Assembly (NCBI GenBank): GCA_963667175.2
Contig: CAXXXF010000015.1
Span: forward strand, 640,001 to 704,000
DNA length: 64,000 nucleotides
From: Candidatus Latescibacterota bacterium
GTDB taxonomy: Bacteria; Latescibacterota; UBA2968; GCA-2709665
Direction of reading: 5' to 3'
Shown: positions 11,710 through 21,469 of the stretch, in pieces
How the letters are laid out: the number at the start of each line of letters is the position of its first letter
How positions within the stretch are numbered: position 1 is the stretch's first letter
Made by a program: the position numbers and the translations under genes
Notes under the pieces: model-generated
What the model was told of the DNA's origin: nothing
Database searches by the model: none
The model's input: the letters and a program-made list of their open reading frames with translations, nothing else

Positions 11710-13137
11710 TCAGGCCGACGAGAACTGCTGGACCGTGTTCTGGATGCGGCTGACAAGCGCCTCGAAATCGGGATCGGCAGAAAGCCTGGTGGCGATATTT
11801 TTGCATGCGTGAATGACGGTTGTGTGATCACGATTTCCGAATTCAGTGCCGATTGACTTGAGGGGCGCCTCCGTAAGCCGTCTGCAAAGGTACATGCAGA
11901 TGTGCCGAGCCGTGGCGATATCCTGCTTTCGGGTGGAACCCGTCAGCATTGCCACGGGGATGTTAAAGAAGCCGGCCGTTCCCTTCTGGATCTCCTCGAT
12001 GCTGATTGCGGGTGACGCGATGGCATTGGCGCGACCCATACTCTTTATGGTATGTCTGGCGATATCGAGGGAAACGGGAGCGCCTTTATATACCGAAAAA
12101 GTAATGAGATGGGTCAGGGCGCCTTCCAGTTCCCGGATATTCGAATCTACCTGTTCGGCCATGAAACGCGCGACGTCGGGGGGGATCCTGACGCCATGGC
12201 TTCCCGCCTTCTGATTGACGATTGCCATTCGGGTTTCCAGATCCGGTCGGTCGATATCCGAAACAAGCCCCCACTGAAACCTTGAAATCAGTCTGTCTTC
12301 AAATCCTTTCAGGGTTGACGGCGGCCGGTCGGAACTCAGGACGATCTGTTTGTTGAGTTGATACAGTGCGTTGAAGGTGTGAATGAGCTGGCGCTGGCAG
12401 GCTTCGGTCGTTGCGTGGAACTGAATGTCGTCGATGAGAAGAATGTCGGCGTTTCGATAAATCTCGGTAAATGCGGATGAATCCTTTTTTTGGATGGCTT
12501 TCAAATAGTCGGTAAAAAACCTCTCGCCCGTCGTATACACAACGCGCCCGGCCGTGTTGTTGCGAACGCAATGGTCGGCGATCGCCTGGAGCAAGTGCGT
12601 TTTCCCGAGGCCCACGCCGCTATAGATGAACAGCGGGTTGTAGGACGTTGTGCCGGGCGACTCCGCGACGGATTTCGCCGCAGTGTATGAGAACTGATTG
12701 CTCTCGCCAACGACGAAGTCTTCAAACCGATATCTGGGATTCAGCGGAAAAACGGCTTCGGATACAACGGCGGGAACGGGGTCTTCCCTGTTTGGCTGAA
12801 GATTCGGCGGAGGCGGGGAAGCGTCGGCCATGGTGAAGTCGGGTGGCGACCCCGATGCGGACCGGATGTCTTTCTTGATGGCAAACCGAATTTCCGGCGT
12901 CCAGGAAGTGATTTCTTCTATTACAGACTTGATTAAATGGAGCCAATGTTCTTCAAGCCAGTCTCCGAAAAAGGAAGTTGGCGCTTCAATAACCGCCAAC
13001 TCCGCGTCCAGTCGTGGTGACAATGTCTCGGCGAACCATGTACTGTAGGCATCCGCCTCGATTTTCCCCTCGATTTTCCGCAGACACCTGCCCCAGAGGA
13101 CGGAAGGATTTTCAACCATAAAGACAAAGCCACCCAT
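11710..13137 (-). CDS. dnaA: Chromosomal replication initiator DnaA
   Basis: LNPRYRFEDFVVG, YNPLFIYSGVGLGKTHL, LLIDDIQ, RLISRF, NIRELEGAL, domain IV IGTEFGNRDHTTV. Alternative start at 13119. Confidence 0.98.
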   Translation of the reverse strand: MGGFVFMVENPSVLWGRCLRKIEGKIEADAYSTWFAETLSPRLDAELAVIEAPTSFFGDWLEEHWLHLIKSVIEEITSWTPEIRFAIKKDIRSASGSPPDFTMADASPPPPNLQPNREDPVPAVVSEAVFPLNPRYRFEDFVVGESNQFSYTAAKSVAESPGTTSYNPLFIYSGVGLGKTHLLQAIADHCVRNNTAGRVVYTTGERFFTDYLKAIQKKDSSAFTEIYRNADILLIDDIQFHATTEACQRQLIHTFNALYQLNKQIVLSSDRPPSTLKGFEDRLISRFQWGLVSDIDRPDLETRMAIVNQKAGSHGVRIPPDVARFMAEQVDSNIRELEGALTHLITFSVYKGAPVSLDIARHTIKSMGRANAIASPAISIEEIQKGTAGFFNIPVAMLTGSTRKQDIATARHICMYLCRRLTEAPLKSIGTEFGNRDHTTVIHACKNIATRLSADPDFEALVSRIQNTVQQFSSA

Positions 13138-13603
13138 ACGTTAGCGAGGGACGTGCGCCGTCGCTAAGCTCTATTTGCAATAATAAAAGAGAATTGGCGG
13201 GGAAGAATGCCGAGCCCTGCCAGAAGCCAGAAGATCATCTATGGAGGGAGTGTTGCAGAAGATATTCTGGGGGGATGGAATTCACGGCGGAGAAAGAGGT
13301 GAATTCCTTGCAAACGGACAATACAAAGGCCTGCCGGTTGCAGACCGGTCTTTGGAAAAAGCGGGAACAAGAAAATCAATCATTAGGATGCGGGGGAGTC
13401 CGCCGAAGGTACTGCCTCGGCAAAAACGACGGCGCCAAACTAAAGAAGAGATCTGCAAAAGTCAAGCCCTTTCTGGCAGAAAATTCTCCCTGATTTTCGG
13501 CCATCGACCTGCGACATCGATATACCAATTATTGTATATTCATTCCATTAAATACACCATGTAGTGGATTTTTTCGTGATCGCATGGAGACCTATGAAAT
13601 CCC

Positions 13604-13632
13604 TTGACAAAGGTTCCTTCCCCATCTATATT
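13604..13632 (+). promoter_or_regulatory. Sigma70-type promoter of the rpmH operon
   Basis: TTGACA-17 nt-TATATT. Confidence 0.7.
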
Positions 13633-13699
13633 CATAAGTTCCTACAATTCATTTAGATACAACAACGGCTGTTCTCTGCGCAACGCACGGACAAGGGTC

Positions 13700-13834
13700 A
13701 TGAAGCGGACGTTCCAGCCCAGCAACCGGAAACGAAAAAACAAACACGGCTTTCGCCACCGCATGCGAACCCCGGGCGGGCGTCAGATATTCTCCAGGCG
13801 TCGGCGCAAGGGCCGCGTACGGATCTCACTCTAG
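13700..13834 (+). CDS. rpmH: 50S ribosomal protein L34
   Basis: [28 protein letters not shown]...RRRRKGR. Confidence 0.98.
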   Translation: MKRTFQPSNRKRKNKHGFRHRMRTPGGRQIFSRRRRKGRVRISL

Positions 13835-13838
13835 AACG

Positions 13839-14198
13839 ATGAGGCCAGGCGCCGGATTGCGCAGCGAGGTTCACAATCTCCGGCGGATCGGATCGTTGTT
13901 CCGGGGTCGCTGGTTGCATGTCCGTTCGGGTAAGTCCTCAGAAGATCGCATTATCATCTCCGTGCGCAAGCGGTTTGGCAAGGCCGTCGCGCGGAATCGC
14001 GCACGGCGGCGAATTCGCGCCATCTGCAGGGAAATGGCGCCTCACCTCAGCACGGGTCATCTGGTCCTCATATCCGTCGGCGACGGATCGGCCGCTGCAG
14101 GGTTCCGGGATCTGCGCAGAGACTTGATCGCTGCGTTTGGAAGACTGGGTCTTCTCCACGGGTCGGCCATCCCGCCGTTGGGATTGCGTCCTCGTTGA
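13839..14198 (+). CDS. rnpA: Ribonuclease P protein component
   Basis: SVRKRFGKAVARNRARRRIR (RNR motif); follows rpmH. Confidence 0.92.
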   Translation: MRPGAGLRSEVHNLRRIGSLFRGRWLHVRSGKSSEDRIIISVRKRFGKAVARNRARRRIRAICREMAPHLSTGHLVLISVGDGSAAAGFRDLRRDLIAAFGRLGLLHGSAIPPLGLRPR

Positions 14199-14381
14199 AT
14201 CGCCCTCCGCTTTTTCTTCGGATGCGTGTTGCCCCCCGTACCATGCCCCCGTCAGTGTTCCGACCCGGAAACAGATTGCGGAAATCCGGTCGATGAGTCG
14301 CCCGGCTCTCATAGCGGGCACTTCCGCAGACTCACGTTCCCGTCTGCATCCTGCAGGCCCGCGACATCACAGGTCTGACGA

Positions 14382-16079
14382 ATGGACAAGCGTACTATCC
14401 TCGCCTTTATCTTGATCGGTCTGATCATCATTCTCTATCCCCATTACATGGAGTGGATCATGGGCGATCCGCCACCGGTCCCACCCCCGGAACGGATCCC
14501 CTCCGAAAGCCTGAGAACGCCCCCCATTCCGCCGCCTGAACAACCCGTCCGCCAACGCGGGAGCCGGCAGCCCGAGATCGCGCGGGAGACCTTGGACGAC
14601 GTCTCCTCCGGAGAGCGGCGCGGCCGGAGTTCCCCAGAAGTATTCACCCCGAAAGACGTCGTCATAGAGACCGACCTGTTTAGTGCCACGTTCAGTACGC
14701 GGGGCGGGGTACTGACCCGCCTTCGGCTGAAGGCGTATGAACATCCGGACGGCGGAGAGTTGGATCTGATCGCGCCCGGGAGCGCCGCGCTGGGCCTTTC
14801 TCTGGCCGGCGAATCACTGGACGCATACGAGTTTGCCACGGACACGCCAGGGCTCACGTTGGTCGGGGCGGAACAGGCCGAGTTAATCTTCAGGGGTCAG
14901 GCGGAAACGCGCACGATTGAAAAGCGGGTCCGCTTTCAGGGCAACCGGTACCGGATGGACGTGGCGGTGGCCGTTTCCAACCTGGATCCGCAGGAGAAGC
15001 TGGGCGTGACATGGTCGGGCAGTCTGGCCGATACGGAGAACAACCCTGAAGAGAACGCAGCCTATATGTCGGTGGTCACGCGCGCGGGCGGCGAAGTCGA
15101 GACCTGGAACGTGGAGGACCTTGGACCCGACGGCGACCCCCCGCCCGGCGGCAGGATCTCCTGGGTCGGGATAAGGAATAAATATTTCCTGGTTGCGCTG
15201 ATTCCTCCGGAAGGCAGTTATGGCCTGAATCTGGGTGGCGAGAAGCCCGATATCGCCGAATGGTACGACGTCGAAATCCAGGCAAAGGACATCGATCCGG
15301 GTCAACGGTACGGTGTTTATTTCGGTCCGATTTCCTACGATCGCCTCCGGCGGCAGAATCAGGACTTGTCAGGCAATTACCGGGAACTCGAGATGGAAGA
15401 GTTCATGGAATATGGCTTCGCCATCTTCCGGCCGATCATCAAGCCCATCACCAATCTGAATCTCCGGGCGTTCCTGGCGCTTCATCCCCTCATCCCGAAC
15501 TACGGCCTGGTGATCATCGTATTCTCCGTACTGATCAAAATCGTGGTGTTTCCACTGACGCACAAGAGTCTCGAGGCTGCCGCGAAGATGCAGCAGTTTC
15601 AGCCCAGGATCGCCGCGCTGCGCGAGAAATACCCGGACGACCAGCAAAAAGTCCAGCGGGAGATGATGAAGCTCTATAAGGAGGAGGGGGTAAACCCGCT
15701 GGGCGGCTGCCTTCCAATGGTCGTCCAGATGCCCATCCTCTTTTCGCTGTTCAATGTGTTCCGCGGCGCGATCGAACTCCGGCAGTCCGAGTTCGTGTTC
15801 TGGATCACGGACCTGTCCCAGCCTGACCGATTGTACATCGGGGGATTTGAAGTCCACCTCCTGCCGCTGCTGATGGCCGTCTCGACGTTCGTGCAGTCGA
15901 AAATGACGATGAAAGACCCAAAGCAGGCGTTCATGGTCTACATCATGCCCGTATTTATGATCTGGATATTCTGGAGTATGTCCTCGGGCCTGGTGCTATA
16001 CTGGACCATGTTCAACGTGCTCACCATTTTACAGCAGCAAGTCATGGAACGTGTGAAACGCGTGCTGGGCACGCGCTGA
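14382..16079 (+). CDS. yidC: Membrane protein insertase YidC
   Basis: N-terminal TM, periplasmic domain, NYGLVII, GVNPLGGCLPM, WITDLSQPD, SGLVLYW. Confidence 0.97.
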   Translation: MDKRTILAFILIGLIIILYPHYMEWIMGDPPPVPPPERIPSESLRTPPIPPPEQPVRQRGSRQPEIARETLDDVSSGERRGRSSPEVFTPKDVVIETDLFSATFSTRGGVLTRLRLKAYEHPDGGELDLIAPGSAALGLSLAGESLDAYEFATDTPGLTLVGAEQAELIFRGQAETRTIEKRVRFQGNRYRMDVAVAVSNLDPQEKLGVTWSGSLADTENNPEENAAYMSVVTRAGGEVETWNVEDLGPDGDPPPGGRISWVGIRNKYFLVALIPPEGSYGLNLGGEKPDIAEWYDVEIQAKDIDPGQRYGVYFGPISYDRLRRQNQDLSGNYRELEMEEFMEYGFAIFRPIIKPITNLNLRAFLALHPLIPNYGLVIIVFSVLIKIVVFPLTHKSLEAAAKMQQFQPRIAALREKYPDDQQKVQREMMKLYKEEGVNPLGGCLPMVVQMPILFSLFNVFRGAIELRQSEFVFWITDLSQPDRLYIGGFEVHLLPLLMAVSTFVQSKMTMKDPKQAFMVYIMPVFMIWIFWSMSSGLVLYWTMFNVLTILQQQVMERVKRVLGTR

Positions 16080-16091
16080 GGATTTGCCCCG

Positions 16092-17447
16092 ATGAGGCCA
16101 TCGGACCGCGATACCATTGTCGCAATCGCCACCGGTCCCGGCGAGGCAGCGATCGGCATCGTGCGGCTTACAGGACCGGAGGCGGTGGAAATCGCCTCCG
16201 GTTTCTTTTGTGGATCCCTTGCATTAAACCGCGTTGAGGACCGCCGCCTGACGTATGGAAGGTTTGTGGTCGGTGACGAGGTCCTGGACGAGGTCCTGGT
16301 CGCCGTCATGAGGGGTTCCCGGTCGTTTACGGGCGAAGACACGGTCGAGTTCAACTGCCACGGCGGCCCTCTTCTTCTGCGGCGGGCGATGGAGGCGATG
16401 GTCTCGGCGGGCGCGCGTCCCGCCGAGCCGGGCGAATTCACGCGGCGGGCGTTTCTCAACGGCCGAATCGACCTCACCCAGGCGGAAGCGATTTCTGATT
16501 TGATCACCGCCCGGGCCGACCGGGGTCTTCGGTCGGCCTATTTCCAGTTGCGCGGCGGGTTGAGGGCCCGGTTCGAAGATCTGGCGGAGGCCCTGCGGGA
16601 TTCGCTGACGTTGCTTGAGGCGGGACTGGATTTTTACGAAGACGCGGACGTCGAGCAGGACGCCGTACGTCCGTCGATTGTGCGGGCGGCGGAGGAAATC
16701 GAGCGGCTGATCGCCTCCTATCAACACGGAAAAATCATACGCGAGGGTGCCCTCGTGGCCCTCGCCGGCCCCCCGAACGCCGGCAAATCGAGCCTGCTCA
16801 ACCGGCTGCTGGAAGAGGACCGCGCCATCGTCTCGCCGGTTTCCGGCACCACGCGGGATACGATCGAAGAGTCGATCACGCTGGACGGCATTCGCGTCAC
16901 GCTGGTCGACACGGCCGGGATTGCGAAGCCGCGTGACGACGTTGAGCGAGAAGGCGCGCGACGGTCGCGAAGGGCGATTGCCCGGGCCGGCCTTGTGCTC
17001 CTGATCGTGGACGGGTCCGTCCCCGCGGCCGCCGGGCTGGAGGCGATGGTTGAGGGCGTGACGCCCGGAAACGTGCTTCTCGTCAAGAACAAGAAGGACC
17101 TCGGCCTCCACGCCGACTGGCGGAGGGGCCACGTGTTTCAGGATCTCTCCACCTCCGCCCTCACGGGGGAGGGCCTCGACAGCCTCAGGAAACGGATCCG
17201 CGGGCGCGTGATTGCGGCATCCGATCCCGAACCCGGCGTGGTAACGCACGCGCGGCACGTGGAGGCGTTGCGGCGGGCGGGAGACGCGCTCGGCCGGGCA
17301 ACCGGGGCGCTTGGCGAGCGACTTCCCGGAGAGGTGGTGGCGATGGAACTGCGCGAGGCAACCGCCGCGCTGGGCGAGATTGTCGGCGAGACCACGTCGG
17401 AGGACATCCTGGACCGGATTTTCAGTACTTTCTGTATAGGCAAATAG
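16092..17447 (+). CDS. mnmE: tRNA modification GTPase MnmE
   Basis: DTIVAIAT, SFTGED, CHGG, GEFTRRAFLNG, GPPNAGKSS, GTTRD, DTAG, C-terminal FCIGK. Confidence 0.97.
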   Translation: MRPSDRDTIVAIATGPGEAAIGIVRLTGPEAVEIASGFFCGSLALNRVEDRRLTYGRFVVGDEVLDEVLVAVMRGSRSFTGEDTVEFNCHGGPLLLRRAMEAMVSAGARPAEPGEFTRRAFLNGRIDLTQAEAISDLITARADRGLRSAYFQLRGGLRARFEDLAEALRDSLTLLEAGLDFYEDADVEQDAVRPSIVRAAEEIERLIASYQHGKIIREGALVALAGPPNAGKSSLLNRLLEEDRAIVSPVSGTTRDTIEESITLDGIRVTLVDTAGIAKPRDDVEREGARRSRRAIARAGLVLLIVDGSVPAAAGLEAMVEGVTPGNVLLVKNKKDLGLHADWRRGHVFQDLSTSALTGEGLDSLRKRIRGRVIAASDPEPGVVTHARHVEALRRAGDALGRATGALGERLPGEVVAMELREATAALGEIVGETTSEDILDRIFSTFCIGK

Positions 17448-17450
17448 CCA

Positions 17451-17925
17451 AAAGGCGGTGAGACGTGAGACGGTAGACGAGTTGGTACGCCTGCGGTTTA
17501 TCCATTGCGTCCTGAGAGGTCGCCTGTCGGTGGAAAAACACCCACTGGAACAGCGTTCCGGGCGGTCCCAAACTTCACATCTCTAATTTACTTTTTTCTT
17601 CTTCGTCCTTATTTCTTATCCGCCGTAAGAAAAAGGACCAAAAAGAAGCGCGCCTGTCTGCCGGCCAGGCAGGCCGCTCAAACGCCGCGGGCTGCTTTTC
17701 CGCGAATCGCCTTTGTGGAAGGAACGAGAGCCGTTGGCCTGAAACCCTTGCAGGCGTTCCCGGACGACGTTGCTGGACGGACTCGCGCGGAAAAGCCCCT
17801 TCACCACCACCATTCGCTTGATAGGATCCCGCGGAGATCCGATAGAGATGTCCTTATACGACGGAGCGCTTACAGCCCCCCAACACCCCCACCAACCTAC
17901 CCCCTATCCCCCTTCCCGGGGGGAA
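17451..17925 (+). repeat. Long intergenic repeat, copy 1 (copy 2 at ~21470-21985)
   Basis: Near-identical core CGCCTGTCGGTGGAAAAACACCCACTGG...CTCAAACGCCGCGGG (17521-17690 vs 21550-21742) and shared downstream blocks GTTGCTGGACGGACT and CAACCTACCCCCTATCCCCCTTCCCGGGGGGA. Confidence 0.9.
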
Positions 17926-18123
17926 GGGGGAACGGCGAGGGGTCGATGGACTGGGCATGCAGATGTGCCGGGCTGGCGATTTCCTGTCAATCAGAAGTAT
18001 CTATAGATGACCGGCACGCGATGCCTGTCTTTTCTCCCCCTCTCCTCACAGGAGAGGGGGCAGGGGGGAGAGGTCTGCGGGGCTGGGGGTGGTTCGCTCC
18101 TGGCTGACTGCTGGTTTGGTTTT

Positions 18124-18319
18124 CTTTGTGTCTTCGTGTCTTTGTGTGAGCTGATTTTCGCTTCAAGCTGACGGCTGAAAGCTGATCGCTGCTTGTCGAC
18201 GGCAGGGAATTTGGGGCGATGTGGATGTGGAAGTTGATTTTAGCTGATTGCTTTGGTTTTCTTTGTGTCTTCGTGTCTTCGTGTGAGCGGTTTTCATTTT
18301 TGCTATAAGCTGACAGCTG
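18124..18319 (+). repeat. Two tandem copies of the CTTTGTGTCTTCGTGTC...GCTGACGGCTGA composite repeat
   Basis: Same module recurs at 22267, 24008 and 28252. Confidence 0.85.
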
Positions 18320-18320
18320 G

Positions 18321-18336
18321 TGTTCCACGTGAAACA
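18321..18336. promoter_or_regulatory. parS centromere-like site
   Basis: TGTTCCACGTGAAACA matches the widespread ParB-binding consensus; near the origin. Confidence 0.88.
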
Positions 18337-18393
18337 TGGCATCCAATACAAGGAATCGGCGCGTTGCTTCCGGCGGACGCGTACGGAGGAACG

Positions 18394-19038
18394 GTGACGG
18401 ATCGGGAATTCCTGACGGCCGCTGAAGCGCTGTCCGTCCCTCTGTCTGAAGAACAGGCCTCGCTGTTTGTTCGATATGAGGCGTTGCTCCGGTCGTGGGC
18501 CGAACGGGTGAGACTGGTGTCCCGGGGAGACCGGGACAGGATCAGGGAGCGCCACTTTATCGAGAGTCTGCGGGTGGTTCGCTTTCTTCCGGGAGGGCCG
18601 ATTTCGCTCCTGGACCTGGGATCGGGCGCGGGTTTTCCCGGTGTTCCGGTCAAAATCGCCCGGCCGGAAGTGGACATCGTGCTCCTGGAATCGACAAGAA
18701 TGAAGGCGCTCTTCCTGAAACGCCTGGTCGGTGAACTCGAAATGGACGGGCTGTCCGTTTTGCCCGAGCGTGCGGAGGTTGCCTGCGAACGCGACGAACT
18801 TCGCGGGAGGTTCGATATTGTAACTGCGCGAGCCGTGGGTTCGCTGCGGGACCTGTGGCGCCTGTCGTCAGGCTTCCTCAGGAAGGGTGGCGAGCTGTTT
18901 GCGATCAAGGGCCCCGGCGCACGCCGGGAGGCGGATGGATTCGGCGCCGATGGCCCGGTCGTGACCATCGAAGCCGGGGCGTCAGGTGTCCGGCGAAGGG
19001 ACACGGTTCTTGTCAGGGCTTCCGCCCGGCGCGAGTGA
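18394..19038 (+). CDS. rsmG: 16S rRNA m7G527 methyltransferase RsmG (GidB)
   Basis: RHFIESL, LDLGSGAGFPG, ERAE, FDIVTARAV, KG; GGAGGA RBS before a GTG start. Confidence 0.95.
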   Translation: MTDREFLTAAEALSVPLSEEQASLFVRYEALLRSWAERVRLVSRGDRDRIRERHFIESLRVVRFLPGGPISLLDLGSGAGFPGVPVKIARPEVDIVLLESTRMKALFLKRLVGELEMDGLSVLPERAEVACERDELRGRFDIVTARAVGSLRDLWRLSSGFLRKGGELFAIKGPGARREADGFGADGPVVTIEAGASGVRRRDTVLVRASARRE

Positions 19039-19437
19039 TCAATCGGTCTGAACGAGTTCGATCAGGACGCCCGATGCGCTCCGGGGATGGACGAAAGCCA
19101 CCCGCCGGCCGAGCGCGCCCGTCCGGATTCCGCCGGCGATCGCGAGCCCCTGGTTCTTACAGGCTGAGACGGCGGCATCGATATCCGGTACGCGGACGGC
19201 GATATGGTGAAGACCCTGGCCCTTTCCGGAGAGGAACCGTGCCAGAGAACTCCCTTCGTGCGTTGGTTCCAGGAGTTCGAGCCGGGTCAGGCCGGTTCCG
19301 CCAAGAAATACCACCCGGACGCCTTCCGCTTCCACGGTTTCTTCTTCCATTGTTTCAAACCCGAGCATCGCATAGACGGCCAGTGCCCGGTCGACCCTCT
19401 CCACCGCGATGCCCACATGGTCCACGTGTCCGTCCAC
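19039..19437 (-). CDS. mce: Methylmalonyl-CoA epimerase
   Basis: DHVGIAV, LELLEP, GLHHIA, FVHPRSASGVLIELVQ; immediately downstream of the mutase. Confidence 0.93.
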   Translation of the reverse strand: MDGHVDHVGIAVERVDRALAVYAMLGFETMEEETVEAEGVRVVFLGGTGLTRLELLEPTHEGSSLARFLSGKGQGLHHIAVRVPDIDAAVSACKNQGLAIAGGIRTGALGRRVAFVHPRSASGVLIELVQTD

Positions 19438-19439
19438 GG

Positions 19440-21296
19440 TTACCCTCCCGGCCTGTAGGATCCAAAAGCCGAACGCAGCCTGTCCGATATCTCGCCAACC
19501 GTGGCGCCGGCCAATCCGGCCGCCACGACCGCTTCCGTAATCGACCCCGCGCGCCGCGCCCGCCGTTCGACGTTGTCCAGCGCAGCCTGCAGGGCGTCGG
19601 AATCCCGCAGGCCCCGCGCCCGCGCCAGGCCCAGTTTCTGATTGTGTTCCGAGTCCTGTGTGGGCTGGAACGTCGAAACCGGCGCGTCCGGATCGCCCCG
19701 AAACCGGTTCACCCCCACCACGACGGTCTCGCCGGATTCGATCTTCTTTTGCGCATCGTATGCCGAGTCCGCGATACAGGCCGCCGTAAAGCCGTTTGCG
19801 GCCGCCTGCCCCGCCCCGCCCTCCCGGTCCACCGCCTCCAGTACGGCCATGGCTTCCTCCTCCAGCCTATCGGTCATTTTTTCGACCGCGTACGACCCCC
19901 CCATGGGATCGACGGTATCCGGGATGCCGCTTTCGTAGGCCAGGATTTGCTGGGTGCGTACCGCGAGTTGCGCTCCGGTATCCGACGGCAGGCCCAGCGC
20001 TTCATCGTACGCGTTGACGTGCAATGACTGGGCGCCGCCCAGAACGGCGGCCAACGCCTGCAGGGTGGTCCGCGCGCAGTTGTTCATCGGCTGCTGGGCC
20101 GTGAGGGTCGAGCCGGCGGTCTGGGCGTGGAATCTCAGGCGCCTGCAGCGCGGGTCTCCCACGCCCAGGCGTTCCTGTACGAGGCGGCTCCAGAGTCGCC
20201 TGGCCGCGCGGAATTTGGCGATTTCCTCCAGAAAATGGTTGTGAACGCCGTAAAAAAAGGAGAATTTCGGGAGGAATCGCTCGGGCTCGAGGCCGGCCGC
20301 GCTGGCGGCGTCGGCATACGACAGGGCGTGGGCGAGCGTAAAGCCAAGTTCCTGTGCGGCGGTTGCGCCGGCCTCCCTCATGTGGTAACCGCTGACGCTG
20401 ATTGGATTCCATTTTGGCGCCTCCCTGAGACAATAGTCCATCAGATCGACCACGAGACGCATCGAGTCGGCAATTGGAAAGACATATGTTCCACGTGAAA
20501 CATACTCCTTGAGAATATCATTCTGGACCGTTCCGGTAAGCGCCCGCGCAGGCAGTCCGCGCTTCTTTCCGAGGCCCGCGTAGAACGCGAACAGGATGCA
20601 GGCCGTCGCGTTGATCGTCATCGATGTGCTGATGCGGTCCAGCGGGATTCCATCGAACAGGGCATCCAGGTCCCAGAGGCCGTCTACCGCCACGCCCACC
20701 CGGCCCACCTCGCCGTCGGCGTCGGGATGGTCCGAGTCGTAACCCATCTGGGTGGGCAGGTCGAACGCCACGCTCAAGCCGGTCTGACCCCGGGCAAGCA
20801 GATCGCGAAACCGGGCGTTGGTTTCCGCGGGGGTGGAAAATCCCGCGTACTGGCGGAAGGTCCAGAGGCGGCCGCGATACATGGAGGGATAGGCGCCGCG
20901 GGTGAAAGGGGGTTCGCCCGCGCGTCCGATCCGGTCGGGGACGTCGTCGCCGTTTCCGCCTCCCCTGACCCCTGACCCCACGGAACGTTGTTCGCTATCG
21001 ACGTCGCCGTTGCGCTTTTCCGCGCTTTCGGCGGGGTCGGCAAGTAGTCCCGTCATCCGGTCGAACAGGCGCCTGGCTTCTGCCGAAGTGGCGCGCTGCC
21101 TGTAGGCCTGTAACAGGAGCGTATTGGAGTCCAGGTCAAGGGCGGCCGCCAGGTCCAGGCATCGCTTGTCCGAAGGAATTCGCTTTCCACTCTCGATCTG
21201 TCCGATATAGGTACCCCAGACACCGATCTTTTCACCCAGCCCATGCTGGCTGAACCTGCCCTGGCGCGCCTCCCTGATCAAATCGCCGAAATCCAT
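19440..21296 (-). CDS. Methylmalonyl-CoA mutase substrate-binding subunit with N-terminal XRE-family HTH
   Basis: PFTRGAYPSMYRGRLWTFRQYAGF, GLSVAFDLPT, QNDILKEY, SGYHMREAG, HAQTAG. No B12-binding DxHxxG domain. N-terminus SQHGLGEKIGV...YIGQIESGKRIPS is HTH_XRE-like; AAGGAGG RBS. Confidence 0.9.
   Translation of the reverse strand: MDFGDLIREARQGRFSQHGLGEKIGVWGTYIGQIESGKRIPSDKRCLDLAAALDLDSNTLLLQAYRQRATSAEARRLFDRMTGLLADPAESAEKRNGDVDSEQRSVGSGVRGGGNGDDVPDRIGRAGEPPFTRGAYPSMYRGRLWTFRQYAGFSTPAETNARFRDLLARGQTGLSVAFDLPTQMGYDSDHPDADGEVGRVGVAVDGLWDLDALFDGIPLDRISTSMTINATACILFAFYAGLGKKRGLPARALTGTVQNDILKEYVSRGTYVFPIADSMRLVVDLMDYCLREAPKWNPISVSGYHMREAGATAAQELGFTLAHALSYADAASAAGLEPERFLPKFSFFYGVHNHFLEEIAKFRAARRLWSRLVQERLGVGDPRCRRLRFHAQTAGSTLTAQQPMNNCARTTLQALAAVLGGAQSLHVNAYDEALGLPSDTGAQLAVRTQQILAYESGIPDTVDPMGGSYAVEKMTDRLEEEAMAVLEAVDREGGAGQAAANGFTAACIADSAYDAQKKIESGETVVVGVNRFRGDPDAPVSTFQPTQDSEHNQKLGLARARGLRDSDALQAALDNVERRARRAGSITEAVVAAGLAGATVGEISDRLRSAFGSYRPGG
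20487..20502. promoter_or_regulatory. parS site inside the mutase CDS
   Basis: Exact copy of TGTTCCACGTGAAACA. Confidence 0.8.
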
Positions 21297-21469
21297 CACC
21301 GAAGCCTCCTTCCGGAATCGCGGGACCGGATAATGCGAGCGCAACGCCGCAACCGGATCCACACACGCTTGTGTGTGTGGAGACAAAACATAAAAACCTG
21401 TTTTTAAATCCGCTTATAAAATCCGAAAAGCGGGGAGGCGTGAGACGCAAGACGGTAGAGAAAAACCCT

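Noticed and set aside
17505-18346. ORFs within the repeat-rich spacers (also 21400-22330 and 23450-24270)
   Set aside because: Translations only reflect the repeats (e.g. HTKTRRHKE); no RBS or family motifs.
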